The notes beneath the pieces are model-generated. The model had not been told where the DNA came from. It did no database searches and saw nothing but the letters and a program-made list of their open reading frames with translations. From the human T2T-CHM13v2.0 reference genome, Homo sapiens, in NCBI GenBank assembly GCA_009914755.4, contig CP068257.2, forward strand, positions 34,880,001-34,944,000: DNA of 64,000 bases, in the 5' to 3' direction. Positions 58,908 through 64,000 of this stretch are shown here, piece by piece (within the stretch, counting starts at the first letter, position 1; each line of letters starts with the position of its first letter). The translations under genes and the position numbers were made by a program.

Positions 58908-61735
58908 TCTTTTGGTGGTAAGAATATTTAACATGAGATCCAGCCTCTTAAATTGTATGAGCGTGCAGTACAGCACTGTTAATTATAGGCACAAAATTGT
59001 ACAGCATCTCTAGAACTTAATCATCTTGCATAATTGTAACTTCATACCAGGTGAAAAGCAACTGCCCATTTCTCCCTCCCTCTAGTTCCTGACAACCACC
59101 ATCTACTCTCTGCTTCTGTGAGTTTCACTATTTTCGCTCCTCATATAGGTGGGCTCAAACAGTATTTGCCTTTCTGTGACTGGCTTACTTTATTTAGCAT
59201 AATGGCCTCCAAATTTATCTATGTTGTCTCATATTGTAGAATTTCTTACTTTTTTAGGGCTGAATAATATTCCATTGTATGTATATACATTGTCTTTATC
59301 CATTCATCTGTCAGTGGACATTTTAGGTTGTTGGCACATCTTGATTATTGTGAATAATGCTGTAATGAACATGAGAGTGATAATATCTGTTTAAGATCCT
59401 GATTGCATTATTTTGGATAAATAATATTCACATGTGGGATTGCTGGAAAACATGATAATTCTATTTTAACTTTTTTGAGGAAACTCCATGCTGTTTTCCA
59501 TAGTTGCTAAAACATTTTACATTTCCACCAAGAGTGAACAAGCGTTCCAACTTCTCCACATCCTTGCCAACTCTTATCTTAAAAAAAAAATGCCATCCTA
59601 GTAGATGTGAGGTAATATCTCATTGTGGTTTTGATTCGCATTTCCTTGATGATTAGTGACGTTGACCATCTTTTCAAATACCTGTTGGCCATTTGTAAAT
59701 CTTCTTTACAGAAATATCTACTCAGGTCTTTTGCTCAATTCCTAAATTGGGTTATTTGGTTTTCTGCTATTGGGTTGAAAGAGTTCTCTTATATATTTTG
59801 GAGATTACCCCCATCAGATACGTTATTTGCAAATATTTCCTCCCATTCTCTACGTTATCTTTTTACTCTGTGGGTTGTTTTCCTTGGCTATGCAGAAGAT
59901 TTTTTAGTTTGATGTAATCCCATTTGCCTATTTTTGCTTTTGTGGCTTACATTTTGGTTGTCATATCCAAAAAATCATTGCCAAGACCAATGTCATGAAG
60001 TTTTTCCTTAATGCTTTCCTCTAGAGGTTTCAGGTCTTAGGTTAATCTTTAATCTATTTTGAGTTGATTTGTGTGTATGGTTCAAGATAATGGTCCAATT
60101 TCATTCTTTTGCTTGTGGATATGTAGTTTTCCCAGCACCATTTGTTGAAGAGACTGTCCTTTCTCTGGTGTACCGGTATTACTGTCACCCTTGTCAAAAA
60201 TCAGTTGATTGTATATCTGTGGGTTTATTTCTGGGTTCTTTATTCTGTTCCTGTTCCTTTGGCCTATATGTCTGCCTTTATGCCAGCACCATACTGTTTT
60301 ATTTACTGTAGATTGTAATATATTTTTAAATTAGAACATGTGATGCCTCCAGCTTTGTCCTTTCTTAAGATTGTTTTGGTAATTTGGGGTCCTTTCTGGT
60401 TTCATATGAATTTTAGGATTTTTTTTCTGTTTCTTTGAAAAATGCCATTGGAATTTTGATAGAGATTACAATGAACTTGTAAATTGCTTTGGGTAGTATG
60501 AATCTTTTTAAACAATATTAAGTCTTCTAATCCATGAACATGGGATACTTTTCTATTTATTTGTGTCTTCTCCAATTTATTTCATCAATATTTTGTAGTT
60601 TTCAGCATACAAGACTCTTTTACTTCCTTAGTTAAGTTTATTCCTTTGTGTGTGTGTGAAAGCCAGTTTATAAAGACAGGAAAGGAATAAAGAATGGCTA
60701 CTCTGTAGGCAGAGCAGCCTATTATTCCTGTTTTTTATTTTTTTGGTGCTATTATAAAGGAAATTATTTTTAAATTTCCTTTTCAGATAGTTTACTGTTG
60801 GTGTATAAATTGCAACTCATTTTTGATGTTGATTTTGTATCCTGTGCCTTTACTGAATTCATTTATTACTTCTAACAAGGTGGGGTTTTTTTTTTTGTGG
60901 AATTGTGAGGGTTTTCTACATATGAGATCATGTCATCTGCAAACAGATAATTTTACTTCTTTCTTTTCAATTTAGATGCTTGTCCTTGTCTGGAGTTATA
61001 TTTTGATGCCATGAAGACATTTTATTTATATGTAATGTTTATATATTTTAAAGATTTGTGCCAAGGGAGTATACTTAACAAAAATTTAAATCACTTTAAA
61101 AATCTTTGCCTTACTGCTCTTACAAGGACTTCCTGTACTGTGTTGAATAGAAGTGGTGAGAATGGGCATCCTTACCTTGTTCCTTATCTTAGAAGAAAAG
61201 CTTTCAGTTTTTTACTGTTGAGTATGTTAGCTGTAAGCTTTTCATATATGGCCTTTATGTTTAGGTCATTTTTTCCTATTCCTAGTTTGTTGAGAGTTTT
61301 ATTTTATTTTATTTTATTTTATTTTTTAGTTTGAGACTAAGTTTCGCTCTTGTCGCCCAGGCTGGAGTGCAATGATTTCAGCTCACTGTAACCTCCGCCT
61401 CCTGGGTTCAAGTGATTCTCCTGCCTCAGCCTCCCAGGTAGCTGGGATTATAGGCACCCGCCACCACGCCCAGCTAATTTTTGTATTTTTAGTAGAGACG
61501 GGGTTTCGCCATGTTGGCCAGGTTGGTCTTGAACTCCTGACCTCAGGTGTCCCGCCCACCTTGGCCCCACAAAGTGCTGGGATTACAGGCCTGAGCCACC
61601 CAGGCTGGCTGAGAGTTTTTATCATGAGGGTTACAAAAACCTGTCAACTGTCCTTTCTGCACCTATTGAGATTATCATGTGATTTTTTTTGATAACATGG
61701 ATGAATTCATTTCTTAAGATTTGAGTGCAAACTTA
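58908..61735 (-). mobile_element. Old L1 (L1M/L1P-type) element, antisense; 3' UTR and 3' half of ORF2; about 2.5 kb of L1 interrupted by a nested Alu at 61301-61609
   Basis: From the L1 3' terminus (antisense): cttttggtggtaagaatatttaacatgagatccagcctcttaaattgtatg ... aatcatcttgcataattgtaacttcatacc ... cctgacaaccaccatctactctctgcttctgtgagtttcactatttt ... gggctgaataatattccattgtatgtatatacattgtctttatccattcatctgtcagtggacattttaggttgttggcacatcttgattattgtgaataatgctg ... catgtcatctgcaaacag ... tattcctagtttgttgagag[Alu]tttttatcatgag...ctattgagattatcatgtgattttt. It is collinear with the old-L1 consensus as I recall it. The ORF track gives only short broken ORFs, so the element is inactive. Confidence 0.85.
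61301..61609 (-). mobile_element. Alu SINE (AluS), antisense, nested inside the L1, with (TTTTA)n tail; TSD tgagagtttt at 61291-61300 and 61610-61619
   Basis: attttattttattttattttattttttagtttgagactaagtttcgctcttgtcgcccaggctggagtgcaatgatttcagctcactgtaacc ... ctgagccacccaggctggc. A 10-bp perfect repeat of L1 sequence flanks it. Confidence 0.92.
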
Positions 61736-62292
61736 AAAACAAGAACAAACAAAGCTTTTCATCAAGGATAAACATAAAATCTAAACAATTCTGCAATTGT
61801 TCATTTTAACAGAAAGTACAAATATGAATACATTATAATTTGTAACTGCATTTAAAAACTAAAATATTTCTCTCCAAATCCAAAACACCACACAATCTTT
61901 AATCTGTTCTCATCTTGTTACCCTAGAAACATTTGTCATATGCTATCAGGAAAATATAGGCAATAATTACTAATCAGTTTTTCATGATCAAAGGAACATT
62001 ATTCTCCTTAATGGTGACTTTTTGAATCATTTATCTGTATTTCATTTCTGAAATATCATACCATTATACCTCCACTCTAGAGAAAAAAAGAATAAATACA
62101 AATATCAAGGAGGCAGGAACGTTCATGGAATTAAAGCAAAAGTCACAAGTGTTTGACTTAGAAATGTACATAGTGTAGCAAATTTTTAAAGTACAACTTT
62201 AGTTGATGGCTGATGTGTATGTAATAATTGTGAACAATTTAAACAGGTATAAAAATGTGAGATCAAAATCTTTAGGCTCAAATACTTATACA

Positions 62293-62374
62293 CATTTTAC
62301 GTTAGTCATTTCTTTCTATTCCTAGTTTGTTGAGAGGTTTTTTTTTTTTTGAGACAGATTTTCGCTCTTGTCGC
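62293..62374 (-). repeat. Second copy of the L1/Alu junction: L1 segment agtcatttctttctattcctagtttgttgagag, then poly-T, then the first about 25 bp of the antisense Alu (gagacagattttcgctcttgtcgc), then unrelated sequence
   Basis: Read directly. It shares the unusual variants tcattt (L1 part) and tttcgctcttgtcgc (Alu part) with the copy at 61264-61365. Confidence 0.75.
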
Positions 62375-62595
62375 TATGAATATGGAAAGATTTGTTTACA
62401 TAAATATCTATATTTTTAGATGAAAAATCAAGGGGTAGTGGCATCTTCCTGGTCCCTTAACTATATTTGGATTTTTGCAAAGAATTAGTGGCATCCAACC
62501 TTAAGTGTGAATTATGTGTTTCTAAAGGACCTATATAACAGATTAGTTGGCAGTGTTCTAACTTTCGAGAGATGGGGGCGGATCGGAGGTGCAAA

Positions 62596-62800
62596 TATCT
62601 GAGATAAGTGCATATCATGTGATTTTTATCTTTTATTCTGTGAATGTGCTATTTTACATGAATAGATTTTTGCATGTTGAACCGTTCTGGATTTCCCAAG
62701 GATATACTTCACTTGTCTTTGGTAAATGGGTAGTGATGGTGTCACTTAGTCATGGTGTATGATCCTTTTTAATTCTTCCTTGTTTCTGAGTAATTTTTTA
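62596..62800 (-). mobile_element. Continuation of the antisense old L1 (ORF2 region) after the rearranged segment; the right boundary is uncertain
   Basis: tctgagataagtgcatatcatgtgatttttatcttttattctgtgaatgtgctattttacatgaatagatttttgcatgttgaaccgttctggatttcccaaggatatacttcacttgtctttggtaaatgggtagtgatggtgtcacttagtcatggtgtatgatcctttttaat. I recall the L1 consensus as ctattgagatgatcatgtggtttttgtcctttattctattgatgtggtgtattacattgattgattttcgtatgttgaaccatccttgcattcctgggataaatcccacttggtcatggtgtataatcc. Confidence 0.7.
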
Positions 62801-64000
62801 GTTGAAAAGTCTCTAATAGTGGGCATAGAAAATGTGAAAATATTTGTTGTTACTACAATTCAGATGTGCAGAAAATGTTGCTCTTTATTTTTTCCAAAAT
62901 GGATCTGATCTTCCTTAACAAGTCCCTATCCACTAGGTAGAAGAGAAAAAAGTGTATTATAAGCCTAGTCCCATCCATAACACAGTGCATCTCAAACTAT
63001 CTGTGGTAAGAAATTCTTTTTTGTTGTTGTTTGTTTTTAATTTCTAACCAGTTGCAGATACTTTCATAAAATCCAAGAGAAATGAATTACTGGGAAATAA
63101 AAGTTCTAAAAGCATACAAAACATAATCTTATATTTTTTATGATTGGTTTCAATAAGCATGAAATTATTCTGCTACAAGAACTTCTCAACACCTACCCTC
63201 AATTTTTGTACCTTTTTCATCCCATGCCGGCAACAGTTTGTGGATGTGTCGCAATCCTCAGACCCACTCTGAGTGGTTTAAACAGACTCCAAGGGCTTAA
63301 CTAGACCTATCGGTTAAGCAGTGTCTGGGCCTGTGGAGGAAAGAGGAGAGTTTCCATGCTCAGGGACAGGGAGAAGAGACCTGGTCTTGTTGCAGGTCTG
63401 TGGGTGGTGCTGGCTGTTCCCCACTGGGGTGGGCAGCCACACGATGTCCATGGCTGATGGAACCAAGGGAAATTTTTTCTTGACCTGTTAGGACCAACGG
63501 GCTACCTCTCTTGACTTGGGGGAGGACAGGAAACCCTTTGGGATTCTGCCACAGCCTCCATCTGCCTCTGGACACCATCAGACACAGGTCACTTGGTTCC
63601 CGCCATAGTGGGCCACTTGGCTGCCCCGCTGCCCCTCAGCTTAGCTATCTAGTGGCCACAGTTTAGAGCCACTAGACCCTCTCTGCCACACGCAGCTCTT
63701 CCACTCTCTTGGTTTCTCAGAGGTCCTCTGTGTTGGTGAGGAACCATCCAGCAAAGTAATGTTGCCCCAGTAGAAAGCATGATGTGAACCCTCTGTCTTC
63801 TCTACTCACTTCAATGTAGCAAATGCACCTCCCTCTCCCTGAGTCTCAGCCAGGAGAGGTGTATTAAGACCCACACATCTCACGGCTGACTCCTCCTTCT
63901 GTAGGCTACTTATGTCCCACAGTCCTCTAGGGCTGGAAGGAGCAGGCACCACTCCCTCCTTTTTTTCTGGATACAAACCTCTATGGTTTGGTCCTTCAAG

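Overview
This window is primate (human or great-ape-like) nuclear DNA, not a prokaryotic or phage locus. About 30 Alu SINEs are present in both orientations, mostly AluS with a few AluJ, and most are flanked by recognisable target-site duplications (TSDs). Other interspersed repeats are two THE1-type (MaLR) solo LTRs with 5-bp TSDs, several L1 fragments (one at least 3.9 kb, antisense, carrying a nested Alu and an internal rearrangement), a few ancient MIR SINEs, many microsatellites, and a roughly 850-bp GT-rich minisatellite. I could not support any protein-coding exon. The recurring ORF-track peptides (e.g. ...[20 protein letters not shown]... and ...[15 protein letters not shown]...) are translations of Alu sequence, and none of the long ORFs resembles a real protein. 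There are no rRNA, tRNA, CRISPR, operon or RBS-type features. Notable points: (i) an Alu–THE1 nested insertion whose intact TSDs give the order of events, (ii) a roughly 1 kb duplication or rearrangement inside an old L1 that copies an L1/Alu junction with shared diagnostic variants, (iii) a roughly 14.5 kb Alu-free, repeat-poor block (44.4–58.9 kb) beginning with a small CpG island and retaining only ancient MIRs, suggesting constraint (regulatory domain or gene), and (iv) several (GT)n(GA)n compound microsatellites and a GT-rich minisatellite with Z-DNA/H-DNA potential. I see no evidence for a novel biological system in the microbial sense; the window is ordinary but repeat-rich primate intergenic or intronic sequence.
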